Source: an uncultured Bacilli bacterium (GTDB lineage Bacteria; Bacillota_I; Bacilli_A; RF39; UBA660). Taken from it: DNA of 37,097 nt. The notes under the pieces are model-generated. The model was not told where the DNA came from, made no database searches, and saw only the letters and a program-made list of their open reading frames with translations. Shown piece by piece: positions 9,093 through 18,855 of this stretch (the stretch's first letter is position 1; every line of letters begins with the position of its first letter). Both the position numbers and the translations under genes were made by a program. Where the stretch lies: positions 1 through 37,097 of the forward strand of contig CANPXY010000003.1 in assembly GCA_947587115.1 (NCBI GenBank), in the 5' to 3' direction.

Positions 9093-9125
9093 ATTATATA
9101 ATAACCCCCCCCCCCTTGCTGTCAA
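9093..9125 (-). promoter_or_regulatory. Sigma-A promoter with a G11 homopolymer in the spacer
   Basis: TTGACA(9125-9120)-GCAA-G11(9115-9105)-T-TATTAT (16-nt spacer); TATAAT lies further downstream at 21 nt. Confidence 0.7.
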
Positions 9126-9143
9126 GCGTTACTACCGGAACAT

Positions 9144-9165
9144 AAAAGGAAGCCAAAGCTTCCTA
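9144..9165 (-). terminator. leuS terminator overlapping the TAG stop; right copy of the direct repeat
   Basis: Minus strand TAGGAAGC-TTTG-GCTTCCTTTT. Confidence 0.85.
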
Positions 9166-11559
9166 TTTCACTACAATATTGACAATCTTTCCTTTGATGA
9201 CAATCACTTTGACGATCTCTTTGCCGTCAATGTGACGGATGACATTTTCACTCTTCATAGCTTTCTCTTTGATCAATTCTTCACTGTCATCATTGTGGAC
9301 TTTGATGGTAGCTCTTACTTTACCATTGACTTGAACAGCAATATCTTTTTCATCTTCTACTAATTGCCCCTCATCATAAGTTGGCCATGGCTCATAAGCA
9401 AGCGTCTCTTCATGTCCTAAAATTTGCCACATTTCTTCGCCGACATGAGGAGTGACACAGCTCATCATTTTAACAAAGCCTTCCGCATATGTTTTTGGAC
9501 ATTTGCCGACTTTGTAACATTCATTCACAAAGATCATCATTTGACTGATGGCCGTATTGAAACCAAGGTTTTCAAAATCTTCCGTGATCTTCTTCACCGT
9601 TTGATTGTAGATTTTATCAAGTGTACCATCGCTTTCTTCCGTCAAGTTGTCTAAATTCGTAAAGAATCGCCATACACGATCGATAAACTTCTTAGCTCCA
9701 TCAACTCCCGTAGGACTCCATGGCTTAGAAGCTTCGATAGGTCCCATAAACATCTCATATAGACGAAGGGTGTCAGCACCATATTCATCAGCAATATCTT
9801 TTGGATCGATGGCATACTCTGGATAACGTTTTCCCATCTTAATACCATTTTCTCCTAAAATCATTCCTTGATGGACAAGTCGTTTAAATGGCTCTTTGAC
9901 TGGAGACAATCCTTTATCGTAGAGATAACGATTCCAAATACGAGAATACATCAAATGCCCTACGGCATGTTCAGGTCCACCCATGTATAAATCAACTGGC
10001 AACCAGTGTTTAGCAAGTTCAGGATCACAGAACACTTTATCGTTGTTTGGATCAATATAACGGAAATAATACCAACTAGAGCCAGCACTACCAGGCATCG
10101 TCGAAGTTTCGCGCACGCCGTGACGGCCATCTTTCGTCGTATACTCTTTCCACTCTGTCGCATTTTCTAGTGGAGCCTTGCCAAGATGTCCTTTATAATC
10201 CTCTAACTCAGGTAAAACAAGAGGTAGTTCCTCATCACTGAGCGTTACATCCGTTCCATCATCTAAATGTACGATTGGTACAGGCTCTCCCCAATATCTT
10301 TGTCGAGCGAAGATCCATTCACGGAAGCGATAGTTCACTTTACGACTACCACAGTGATGCTCCTCTAACCAAGCAACCATTTTCTTGATGGCCTCTTCTT
10401 TGCCAAGTCCATTTAAAAATTCTGAATTGATATGAACACCGTCACCGGTATAGGCTTCTTGATCGATATTGCCTCCTTCCAATACTTGAATGATTGGAAT
10501 ATTAAACTTTTTCGCAAAGGCATAGTCTCTTTCATCGTGTGCAGGTACCGCCATAATGGCTCCAGTTCCATAACTTGCTAAAACATAGTCACTGATATAA
10601 ATAGGGATCTGTTCGTTATTGACAGGGTTGATCGCATAAGCACCGGTAAAGACACCAGTTTTATCTTTGTTGAGTTCGGTTCGCTCCAAATCGCTCTTAG
10701 AGGCACACATCTTTTTATACTCTTCCACTTCTTGTTGATGTTCTTCCGTCGTAATCTCATCGACATAAGCATGTTCAGGGGCAAGTACACAGTAAGTAGC
10801 TCCAAACAACGTGTCACAACGCGTCGTAAAGACCGTGAATTCTTTATCGTGCCCTGCAATTTTAAAGGTAACGTGGGCTCCTATAGACTTGCCGATCCAA
10901 TTTCGTTGCATCTCCTTGGTCGATTCTGGCCAATCGATTTCGTTAAGACCTTCCAAAAGTTTTTCAGCAAACGCCACTTGATCGATACAAAGCTGCTTCA
11001 TATTGCGTCTGATAACAGGATACCCACCACGCTCTGACTTACCGTCCACTACTTCATCATTAGAAAGTACCGTTCCAAGTTCAGGGCACCAGTTGACTGG
11101 CATATCGACATACTTGGCATAACCATCTTGATAGAGCTGTTTGAAAATCCACTGGGTCCACTTATAAAACTGAGGATCGCTCGTCGAAACCATTTTATCC
11201 CAGTCATAATCAAAACCAAGCGAGTTTAATTGTTCACTGAAATAGGCAATATTCTTTTCCGTAAATCCACTTGGATGATTTCCAGTCTGTACTGCATATT
11301 GTTCCGCAGGTAAACCAAAAGAGTCATAGCCCATTGGATGAAGAACATTATACCCCTGCATCCTTTTCATTCTCGATACAATATCAGTTGCTGTATATCC
11401 TTCGACGTGCCCCGCATGAAGTCCAACGCCAGATGGATAAGGAAACATATCTAAAACATAATACTTCGGCTTCGAAAAATCCCAAACATCCGTCTTGAAT
11501 GTCTGATGATCTTTCCAATATTTTTGCCACTTTTTTTCTATTTTCTTATAATTATACAT
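9163..11559 (-). CDS. leuS: Leucine--tRNA ligase
   Basis: MFPYPSG.GLHAGH (HIGH-like), [25 protein letters not shown] editing domain, RQRYWGEP and KMGKR (KMSKS-like). Confidence 0.98.
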   Translation of the reverse strand: MYNYKKIEKKWQKYWKDHQTFKTDVWDFSKPKYYVLDMFPYPSGVGLHAGHVEGYTATDIVSRMKRMQGYNVLHPMGYDSFGLPAEQYAVQTGNHPSGFTEKNIAYFSEQLNSLGFDYDWDKMVSTSDPQFYKWTQWIFKQLYQDGYAKYVDMPVNWCPELGTVLSNDEVVDGKSERGGYPVIRRNMKQLCIDQVAFAEKLLEGLNEIDWPESTKEMQRNWIGKSIGAHVTFKIAGHDKEFTVFTTRCDTLFGATYCVLAPEHAYVDEITTEEHQQEVEEYKKMCASKSDLERTELNKDKTGVFTGAYAINPVNNEQIPIYISDYVLASYGTGAIMAVPAHDERDYAFAKKFNIPIIQVLEGGNIDQEAYTGDGVHINSEFLNGLGKEEAIKKMVAWLEEHHCGSRKVNYRFREWIFARQRYWGEPVPIVHLDDGTDVTLSDEELPLVLPELEDYKGHLGKAPLENATEWKEYTTKDGRHGVRETSTMPGSAGSSWYYFRYIDPNNDKVFCDPELAKHWLPVDLYMGGPEHAVGHLMYSRIWNRYLYDKGLSPVKEPFKRLVHQGMILGENGIKMGKRYPEYAIDPKDIADEYGADTLRLYEMFMGPIEASKPWSPTGVDGAKKFIDRVWRFFTNLDNLTEESDGTLDKIYNQTVKKITEDFENLGFNTAISQMMIFVNECYKVGKCPKTYAEGFVKMMSCVTPHVGEEMWQILGHEETLAYEPWPTYDEGQLVEDEKDIAVQVNGKVRATIKVHNDDSEELIKEKAMKSENVIRHIDGKEIVKVIVIKGKIVNIVVK

Positions 11560-11959
11560 CGAGTGTCATTCCTTTCTTACGATAATATAGTCCGATAAAA
11601 TGGTATGATAACACTAAAATCGGAATTAATAACACGAGCCCTACGACCAGTTGTAAACCAGTACTCTCAATAAAACTGACGATCGTCACTACCAAAGCAA
11701 GATCAAACGAAGTGACCACTCCCATGATTTGCAAGAATCTCCAATAAACGATCTTATTCATATCCAAGCGATACCGTAACACCATGTAATTGATCTCGAC
11801 AGGCAGCTTAGCTTCATCGACCTTCTTCTTTTTTTTAGCTTTTTGGGCCTTGCCCTTGCTTTTTCCCCTTATTTTATTGACCTCTTTGCGAATAGTAAAG
11901 ACATAATAGATCATATCGAAAAAAATAAAGGTTAATACAAACAAAATTACTTCTCTCAT
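11552..11959 (-). CDS. Hypothetical membrane protein (3 predicted TM segments), first gene of the T-box-leuS operon
   Basis: SD AGGAGG; its stop overlaps the leuS start by 8 nt; N-terminal TM, Lys-rich loop and two C-terminal TMs. Confidence 0.85.
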   Translation of the reverse strand: MREVILFVLTFIFFDMIYYVFTIRKEVNKIRGKSKGKAQKAKKKKKVDEAKLPVEINYMVLRYRLDMNKIVYWRFLQIMGVVTSFDLALVVTIVSFIESTGLQLVVGLVLLIPILVLSYHFIGLYYRKKGMTLDV

Positions 11960-11974
11960 CGTTTCCTCCTATAT

Positions 11975-12170
11975 AAAAACGCCCTCATACATAAGGACGT
12001 CTTGCACGCGGTACCACCTTACTTCATAAGTATTACTTATGCGGCTTAAAGTTTTAACGGACTGCTCCATAATGCTTCAGGCAATCAAGTTCATAAGACA
12101 TCCTCCACTGTTTCCACCAACCACAGTGTCTCTATCGATCTCTGGCTTATTACTACTACTGCCAACATTT
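11975..12170 (-). ncRNA. T-box riboswitch (Leu)
   Basis: T-box AGGTGGTACCGCG (12019-12007); stem I with AGAGA and GGTGGAA motifs; specifier loop GAACUUGA (CUU or UUG, both Leu); terminator ACGTCCTTAT...ATGAGGGCGTTTTT. Confidence 0.95.
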
Positions 12171-12188
12171 CAACATAGTACTAGTATA

Positions 12189-14615
12189 TTAGATTTGTTC
12201 AATATATTCAAGTAATTTTAAAAATAATTTTATATGTGGTCTCGTAAGTCCCTGTCGTTTCAGTTTACGAATATTGATTCGCTTTCGGTTGATCGGTAGA
12301 TCGCTAAAGAGGACAGAGGCAATCTTTTCTTTGAGTGTCGTCTCAATTTGTAGATCCATCAAAATACTGTTGATATCTTCATTAATCAAACGAACTGCCT
12401 CGATTTCCACATTGGATCCAACACAGGTCACATCGAGCTTACCAATCGTTGGAATAGCAAAGACTTCAATTACAACATCGTTATCCTCTGAGTATACTTT
12501 GATATTTTTCATCAACTGCTCATTGCAAAGTACCTGCACTTGTCCGAACATTTTGGTATTCCGAAAACGCAATTTATAATCCCGCACACTAGGCAGAATT
12601 CCTTGTCGTCCTCCGATAGGTTCAATCACTACCTGATAACGATCCTTGGCATAAGTTGTTTGAATCGAAGTTTTGAAATAGGCTCCCTCTTGATATAGGG
12701 CACTCTCTCCATCATCTTCATAAAGTTCATAGCGACGATTGGCTCCAGGGAACAACATAATCTCGAGTGCTTTTGGATTTCCTTTCGCATTCCATTCCTT
12801 ATCATCCGCTAGCGGCAAAATAGCTCCAGCTGGTACAAAGACTGGATAATCCTCTTCTTTAAAGAAGGAGACATATTGATTGGGACCAGGGAATTTTTTA
12901 CCGGTCTTAAAATCGTACCATATACCATCAGGTACAAAGAAAGAATGAATCGTCCGATTCATTACCGGATCTTTTTTACTTAAAATTGGGCTGACAAACA
13001 TCTCGCTACCAAAAAAATACTGATTTTTAAAATGGTCATCATCATATACCCAAGGATACTGATAATAGAACGGTTGCAAGAGCGGTCTTCCGGTTTGATG
13101 ATAAGTATAAGCTTCGGTATAAAGATAAGGTAGAAGTCGATGACGAAGTTTTAAATAATCAAAAGCAATATGCTCGGTCTTGACATCCCACAACCAAGGT
13201 TCCCTCTTGTAATAATGTCCCTTTGCGGCATGAAAACGTAAGATAGGAGAAAATACCCCTAATTCGATATAACGAATATAAAGTTCACTTTCTTCGATGC
13301 CGCCGTAGTTTCCACCGATATCATGACTGATCCAAGAGACTCCGCTGTTAGAAGCCATGATGTTATATGTTGGCAACATCCGCAGTGTATCCCATCCTAC
13401 TTTGCTTTTTCCAGAATAAAGAATTGGATAACGATGCGGTGCCACTTTAGCGCCCCTTGATAGATACATGCTGCGTTTACTTTTAACGCGTCCCGAATCT
13501 AAATATTGATAATGATTCTGGGCCCAGAGAAAGAGCTCGTTTTCTTCATCATAATCATTCCAGAAAAAGTCCACGCCAAGTGTCTCTAATGGATGCAAGA
13601 AAAGCTTCATGTAGACATCTAAAAACTTCGGATTCAAAGGATCGAACAGAATAATCTTATCATTTGGAATTCCCAAATACTGACAAGCCATCGCATAGAA
13701 TTGCTCATATGGAAAAATTCCCTCTTTAGGATTGATCTTGAGTCCGACATGAATGTTCTTATCGTGCAGCATCTTGATTGTCGCGGATGGATTTGAAAAT
13801 AGCGACGGCTGAAAAGTAAAACCAGAAGATAGATCCTTCATATTTCCATACTCTTTAATGTGCCAATCATGATCTAGTAAAAGAACCGAAAGAGGAATCT
13901 GATTTTTTTCAAAATGTGCGATGAGATCCAAAAGCGTTCGCTCATCATATGAAGAATCTCGACACCACCAGTTTCCAAGTGCATAACGTGGAATCAACGG
14001 TGGAAATCCCGTCAAATGATAATAATCTTCTAACGCCATTTGAAAGTCATTTTGATAACAGAAAACATAAATATCGACGTTTCCCTTTGCCTTGGGACTT
14101 AAAGTTCCATCTTGCAAAATCCATTGATTGAAGCTATCATCGATGCTGGCAAAACCATCGATCGAATATAAGCCATGAGGAAAAGAATCTTTTTTATTTT
14201 TCGGCATATCAAAAGCAGTTCCTACCCCACCGTAATTTCGAACTTCAGGATGCCCATAATACCAAACTTTTTCTTGATCTTTGTCCGTAGTATTCAAAGT
14301 AATTTTCAAATACCTTTTAGGATCGAAAGAAGGTCCCTCAAAAGGCTGTTCTTTTTCATACTCTAATTTAAAATATTTTGTATTGATCTCTAAAAAACGT
14401 TCGTCTTCCTTTTTAGTAAATGGAGGAACTTCAAAATTGCGACAGTAGACAAGTTGCGAAGGTGCATCAAAAAATGTACCATTAGATGCGTATTCCAAAC
14501 GCACAAGTCGCTCTGTCAAAACCGTAATGCGATAGTGCTTTCCTTGGATCACGGCAGCCAAATTGGGTACTGCTTTTGTATAATCAACTTGAAATTGCGT
14601 ACCTAGTGGATACAT
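12189..14615 (-). CDS. Glycoside hydrolase family 31 protein (TIM barrel, DUF5110-like C-terminus); catalytic acid appears substituted
   Basis: LTGFPPLIPRYALGNWW, LLDHDWH, GVDFFWND, HRYP, SHDIGG, FSPILRFH, LRHRLLPYLY and LYEDDGES. Confidence 0.9.
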   Translation of the reverse strand: MYPLGTQFQVDYTKAVPNLAAVIQGKHYRITVLTERLVRLEYASNGTFFDAPSQLVYCRNFEVPPFTKKEDERFLEINTKYFKLEYEKEQPFEGPSFDPKRYLKITLNTTDKDQEKVWYYGHPEVRNYGGVGTAFDMPKNKKDSFPHGLYSIDGFASIDDSFNQWILQDGTLSPKAKGNVDIYVFCYQNDFQMALEDYYHLTGFPPLIPRYALGNWWCRDSSYDERTLLDLIAHFEKNQIPLSVLLLDHDWHIKEYGNMKDLSSGFTFQPSLFSNPSATIKMLHDKNIHVGLKINPKEGIFPYEQFYAMACQYLGIPNDKIILFDPLNPKFLDVYMKLFLHPLETLGVDFFWNDYDEENELFLWAQNHYQYLDSGRVKSKRSMYLSRGAKVAPHRYPILYSGKSKVGWDTLRMLPTYNIMASNSGVSWISHDIGGNYGGIEESELYIRYIELGVFSPILRFHAAKGHYYKREPWLWDVKTEHIAFDYLKLRHRLLPYLYTEAYTYHQTGRPLLQPFYYQYPWVYDDDHFKNQYFFGSEMFVSPILSKKDPVMNRTIHSFFVPDGIWYDFKTGKKFPGPNQYVSFFKEEDYPVFVPAGAILPLADDKEWNAKGNPKALEIMLFPGANRRYELYEDDGESALYQEGAYFKTSIQTTYAKDRYQVVIEPIGGRQGILPSVRDYKLRFRNTKMFGQVQVLCNEQLMKNIKVYSEDNDVVIEVFAIPTIGKLDVTCVGSNVEIEAVRLINEDINSILMDLQIETTLKEKIASVLFSDLPINRKRINIRKLKRQGLTRPHIKLFLKLLEYIEQI

Positions 14616-14743
14616 CCAATCACCTTCTTATTCTAGTTATAGAATATCATAAATTACTTATTTTTAAAAGTTTTTCTTCACAAAATAAGAACATTCTATG
14701 CAATTTTTTTAGAGCACAAAAAAAGACCTGAAGGTCTCATAAG

Positions 14744-15094
14744 TCATTTTTCTTTTTTTAACCAAGCCATAATCAGTTGCACGACATATGCCTGCTCTTC
14801 TTTCGATAAAGGCCGGTGTTCTGGAATATGATGCCATTTGGAAAGACAACCGCGACAACAAGTGGCTGTGGCATGCTGAGCAACAAAGACGGGGTGTCCA
14901 CGCATCGGCGTCTGCTTACCATCATTTTTGATGGGATCAGGTGCTAGCCGTTGGGCAATAAAATCGCATGCATGGCGTTCGATCGTGTCCCATCCTTTTT
15001 CATCGATATAAGATCGATCCCGATCTGTCAAGTGAAATCGACTTCGAAACTTCGAACGCGCCAAACGATCGAAGACAATCTCGAACTTTTCCAT
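14744..15094 (-). CDS. DUF4186 family protein
   Basis: LARSKFRSRFHL and NDGKQTPMRGHPVFVAQHATATCCRGCLSKWH. Confidence 0.9.
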   Translation of the reverse strand: MEKFEIVFDRLARSKFRSRFHLTDRDRSYIDEKGWDTIERHACDFIAQRLAPDPIKNDGKQTPMRGHPVFVAQHATATCCRGCLSKWHHIPEHRPLSKEEQAYVVQLIMAWLKKEK

Positions 15095-16393
15095 TTACAT
15101 ACTGACCTGACTGAACGTATTCCAAAGGTTTTGAAGAGGTGGGAATGCGAACAATTTTGCGATCAACTTTTCTCCCACTGCTTCAAGTTCTTCGTCACTG
15201 ACAGTACTATAATCCACACTATTAGAAAGATCTACTGAATCAAGATTTTCAATAGTCTGATAGTCAAGTGACCACGTAGTCTGAAGAAGTCCGTTGATAT
15301 TAAGCTCCATCGTTAAAGAATCGGTATCACTCGTCATTATTACCAAACTTCCAAGTTCCTGATCTAAAGCAGAAAGTTGCAAGTATAAATTGAATTGCTC
15401 CCCGGTGTTTTCATAGGTACCCATAAGATCGTACATTCCGCCGATACTACCAGAGATTTGATAATTCGTATCTTTATCCTTGACGAATTGAATTCTCAAT
15501 AAATCACTGCCATTTTCACTATATGAAACTGTGATATCGCCTTGATAATCGATCACTTGAATTTGTGTACCATCTTGTTCGATTGCTTGGCCCACAACGG
15601 TATTACTCTTAACATAAACTAGATAAGTAAACAAATCAGAATCTTCACTGGATGAGTTTTCATCCTCTATGAGGGCATCCAGTTGTTCTTTTGCATCTTG
15701 CGCATTGTCAACATTTAAAAGATTCACGACAATATCCATAGCCTTAGAATCCTTTTCGATCTTCTGGACTGTATCTTTTAAAATAGCCTTCATCATAGAA
15801 TTAGTAAAAGTTACAGAGATTCTTTTGACATCGAGCTCTTCACCAGCAATCGAAAGTGTAGAAGACTTTTCTTTTACGTTGGATTGATTCAAATGGTGTT
15901 CGACTTGTTTTAAAAAGATCTCTACTAAATATTTGATATGATCAATAGATTCTTCTGTAGCATCTTCTCCTAGATCAATCGGATTAGAATAGTAACGATC
16001 CATAATTTCTCGTAATTGATAATAGAGAATTTGATCTTTGAGATAAATGTTCATTCCCAAGTGCTCAGTATCATTACTTGTCAATGCCAAATCGATAAGA
16101 CTTTCATCCAGTTCTTGATCCGTCTGATATTTTAAAAGTAAACCGAACGGATCTACGCCAAGCGATGAGTCGAATGTAAGGGTTCCCTTCATTTGAATTT
16201 GATAACGATCATCTTCCTTAGAGGTAGCGTCGTCCACCCGAAATACATCCAATACTGTATTAGACATTTTTTGTAGAGTATCCACCAAAATCATCTTAGG
16301 ACGATTCATCATATAAAAGATGACGCCCGATACGATGCAAACAACTGCAATGGCGCTACAGATCAACGCAACCTTTCTAGTATTATTTTTCAT
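15095..16393 (-). CDS. Hypothetical N-terminally anchored extracellular protein
   Basis: Basic N-terminus plus TM helix and an acidic, beta-rich body; SD GGAGG; abuts the DUF4186 start. Confidence 0.8.
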   Translation of the reverse strand: MKNNTRKVALICSAIAVVCIVSGVIFYMMNRPKMILVDTLQKMSNTVLDVFRVDDATSKEDDRYQIQMKGTLTFDSSLGVDPFGLLLKYQTDQELDESLIDLALTSNDTEHLGMNIYLKDQILYYQLREIMDRYYSNPIDLGEDATEESIDHIKYLVEIFLKQVEHHLNQSNVKEKSSTLSIAGEELDVKRISVTFTNSMMKAILKDTVQKIEKDSKAMDIVVNLLNVDNAQDAKEQLDALIEDENSSSEDSDLFTYLVYVKSNTVVGQAIEQDGTQIQVIDYQGDITVSYSENGSDLLRIQFVKDKDTNYQISGSIGGMYDLMGTYENTGEQFNLYLQLSALDQELGSLVIMTSDTDSLTMELNINGLLQTTWSLDYQTIENLDSVDLSNSVDYSTVSDEELEAVGEKLIAKLFAFPPLQNLWNTFSQVSM

Positions 16394-16405
16394 TTTACAC
16401 CTCCA

Positions 16406-17533
16406 CTACCGATCTAAAAATCTCGCATAATACTCATCGTAAGTCAATTCACTATCGTAAACTTTTTTAGCAAGTTCTTTTCCAAGATAACGATAATGCC
16501 AAGATTCATATTTGTATCCAGTAACCTGCTCCTCACTCTTAGGGTAACGCATGACAAAACCAAATTTATAACTATTTTCAAGCATCCAATTATATTCTTT
16601 GGAATCAGCAAAGATTTTGCTATTTCCCGAAGCCACATCTAAGGCAAGTCCTGTCTGATGTTCGGAATAACCAGGCACAGCCACATAATTGTCAACATAT
16701 TTTTGGCCGTAAGTATTAAGATACAAATCATACGTATCTTGCTGATCTTGATAACTTCTATAAGCCGAGTTAGCAAGAATAGAATAACCTTCTTTTTCAG
16801 CTTCCGCCGCCATCTCTTCAAAAGCGATTACCGCTTCTTTAATCATGAATTGTTCATCGTCTACGGCATATTTTTCTTGAATCTTCATCAAATCCTTAGG
16901 CTCATAATCTTCTCCTAATTGATGGTACTTGTTGACGAGCATCGTCAAACTTTGCTCGGTAACTTTCTGAGCATCCTCATAATAAGGTTTATCAAGATTC
17001 AAATTGACGTAGGTAACGGTATCATCGTCATCTTCCCGCTCCTGCATCGAATACGCTACATAGCGGTCATAGTTGGCAAGCTTGGCATAATCAAACTGTA
17101 AAAAATCTAAGACATCTTCTTCTTTATCTCGCTTCGCAAAAGCACTTACTTCTTCGTTGTTGCCACGACTGACAATCGCGCTGATCTCTGGTGTCGTATA
17201 TTCTTTAGCGACCAAAAGATTGATATTCTTAATCAGATCTTTCTGTTCCTGATAGGGAACTTCTTGATAGATTTTCAAATTTTTTTCTTGGTAGTCCTTA
17301 CTTTGAAAAGCCGCATTTATAGTTTTGTTTTCTCCCACTTCATAGACATAAGATTGCTTGTGCTTTTTGAGAATGGTCTGGATCGCCGCCTTGTCATAGT
17401 GTAGCTTTCCAAGACGACTGCCATGATATAGACGATAGCCCACTGGTACAGAAATCAAAACGACAATCAAAATACCTAAAAACAATAATATTTTCGCACT
17501 TTTTTTCAATTTCTTCTTTTTTACCGTCGCCAT
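16406..17533 (-). CDS. M15B D-Ala-D-Ala / LD-carboxypeptidase (VanY/DacB/LdcB-like), membrane anchored
   Basis: SAYRSY, PGYSEHQTGLALD (SxHxxGxAxD) and YESWHYRY (ExxH). Confidence 0.92.
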   Translation of the reverse strand: MATVKKKKLKKSAKILLFLGILIVVLISVPVGYRLYHGSRLGKLHYDKAAIQTILKKHKQSYVYEVGENKTINAAFQSKDYQEKNLKIYQEVPYQEQKDLIKNINLLVAKEYTTPEISAIVSRGNNEEVSAFAKRDKEEDVLDFLQFDYAKLANYDRYVAYSMQEREDDDDTVTYVNLNLDKPYYEDAQKVTEQSLTMLVNKYHQLGEDYEPKDLMKIQEKYAVDDEQFMIKEAVIAFEEMAAEAEKEGYSILANSAYRSYQDQQDTYDLYLNTYGQKYVDNYVAVPGYSEHQTGLALDVASGNSKIFADSKEYNWMLENSYKFGFVMRYPKSEEQVTGYKYESWHYRYLGKELAKKVYDSELTYDEYYARFLDR

Positions 17534-17555
17534 AACTCCTCCTATGATCTAACAA

Positions 17556-17590
17556 TAGTATAACACGTATTCATAATTTATGTTATACTA
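17556..17590. promoter_or_regulatory. Back-to-back divergent extended -10 promoters
   Basis: Perfect 10-bp inverted repeat TAGTATAACA-N15-TGTTATACTA; each arm reads TGnTATACT toward its own gene. Confidence 0.6.
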
Positions 17591-17605
17591 ATTTTGGTGA
17601 TATTT

Positions 17606-18844
17606 ATGAAAACGGCCGTCGTCTTATCAGGTGGAGGAAGCAAAGGAAGTTATGAATTAGGGGTTTGGAAAGCCCTACGCCGTCTCCACATTCACTATGA
17701 CATCGTGACCGGCACTTCAGTAGGTGCCTTAAACGGGGCGATGATGGTACAAAAATCCTATCGAAAAGCCAAAAAATTGTGGTATAAACTCACTTTTAAC
17801 AATATATTCGATTCCAACTTGACAAAAGATGCAACCGAGATGGAACTGCTCAAAGACTATGGAAAAAGTTTTTTAAAAGATGGAGGAAAAGATGTTTCCA
17901 ATTTGGAAAAAATGTTAAGGAAAGCAATGAACTCTAAACGTTTTTTTGCAACACCGATTGATTTTGGACTTGTAACTTACAATACGACGACCAAAAAACC
18001 AGAACTGATCAAAAAACAAGATCTGACACCCCAGAACCTCATCCCTTATCTTATTGCTTCCAGTTCCTGCTTCCCCGCCTTTCAAAAAAAGACTATTGAA
18101 GGAAACGATTATATCGATGGTGGTTACTATGACGTTTTACCAATCAATCTTGCGATCGACTTAGGAGCAGAAAACATCATTGCGGTCGATTTAAAAGCTG
18201 TTGGCATACATCAAAAAATCAAAGATCCATCCATCCCAATTACCTATTTATCTCCACAAAATCAACTAGATTCTTTTCTTTACTTTGATAAAGAAGCAGC
18301 CCTTCATGGCAGTCGTTTAGGATATCTTGAAACGATGAAAACGTTTGGAAAACTAGAAGGAAAACGCTTTACTTTTCGTAAGGGGCAGATTCGAAAACTA
18401 AACGAACACTACGCACCTCTTGTGATTCAGGCAATCAAGCAAACAGTATCCCAAGAAAATTCAAAAGTTTTAGACCAAATTTTAAAAGTGGCACTCTATA
18501 CGAGAATAGAATCTCACCAAAAGAAAAATGCCGATCTTTTAGAAACCGTCGAACAGTTAGGACAAATTTTTGAAGTACCGGAGGAAAAAATTTATACCCT
18601 TCGCAAATTCAATCGCCAATTAAAAAACAGGATAAAAAAAGAACAGATGAAGGAATTTCAAGATGTAGAAGAACAACTAAAATTAAAGAAGATCAAGGAA
18701 TTATTAAACACCAAAAAAATCACGGTCTATCTCTATCACAAAATTAAAAGTCAAAAGACCGATCACGATCGAAGAAGATTGATGGAACTTTCTATTTTAA
18801 TGCCCCATGAATTTATCAAAGCCCTTTATTTATCGATCATCTAG
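17606..18844 (+). CDS. Patatin-like phospholipase
   Basis: LSGGGSKG, GTSVG and YIDGG motifs; ATG at 17606 after SD GGTGA. Confidence 0.92.
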   Translation: MKTAVVLSGGGSKGSYELGVWKALRRLHIHYDIVTGTSVGALNGAMMVQKSYRKAKKLWYKLTFNNIFDSNLTKDATEMELLKDYGKSFLKDGGKDVSNLEKMLRKAMNSKRFFATPIDFGLVTYNTTTKKPELIKKQDLTPQNLIPYLIASSSCFPAFQKKTIEGNDYIDGGYYDVLPINLAIDLGAENIIAVDLKAVGIHQKIKDPSIPITYLSPQNQLDSFLYFDKEAALHGSRLGYLETMKTFGKLEGKRFTFRKGQIRKLNEHYAPLVIQAIKQTVSQENSKVLDQILKVALYTRIESHQKKNADLLETVEQLGQIFEVPEEKIYTLRKFNRQLKNRIKKEQMKEFQDVEEQLKLKKIKELLNTKKITVYLYHKIKSQKTDHDRRRLMELSILMPHEFIKALYLSII

Positions 18845-18855
18845 AAGGAGGATGC

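Larger units (their letters stand above)
6980..9143 (-). mobile_element. AT-rich genomic islet between direct repeats, three genes, no integrase
   Basis: Flanking 22-bp repeats, visibly more AT-rich codons than leuS or murJ, and one frameshifted gene. No mobility gene is present, so the mobile status is inferred. Confidence 0.6.

Noticed and set aside
16406-17533. vanY-type glycopeptide resistance
   Set aside because: No van ligase, vanH/X or vanRS nearby; a housekeeping M15B peptidase is more likely.
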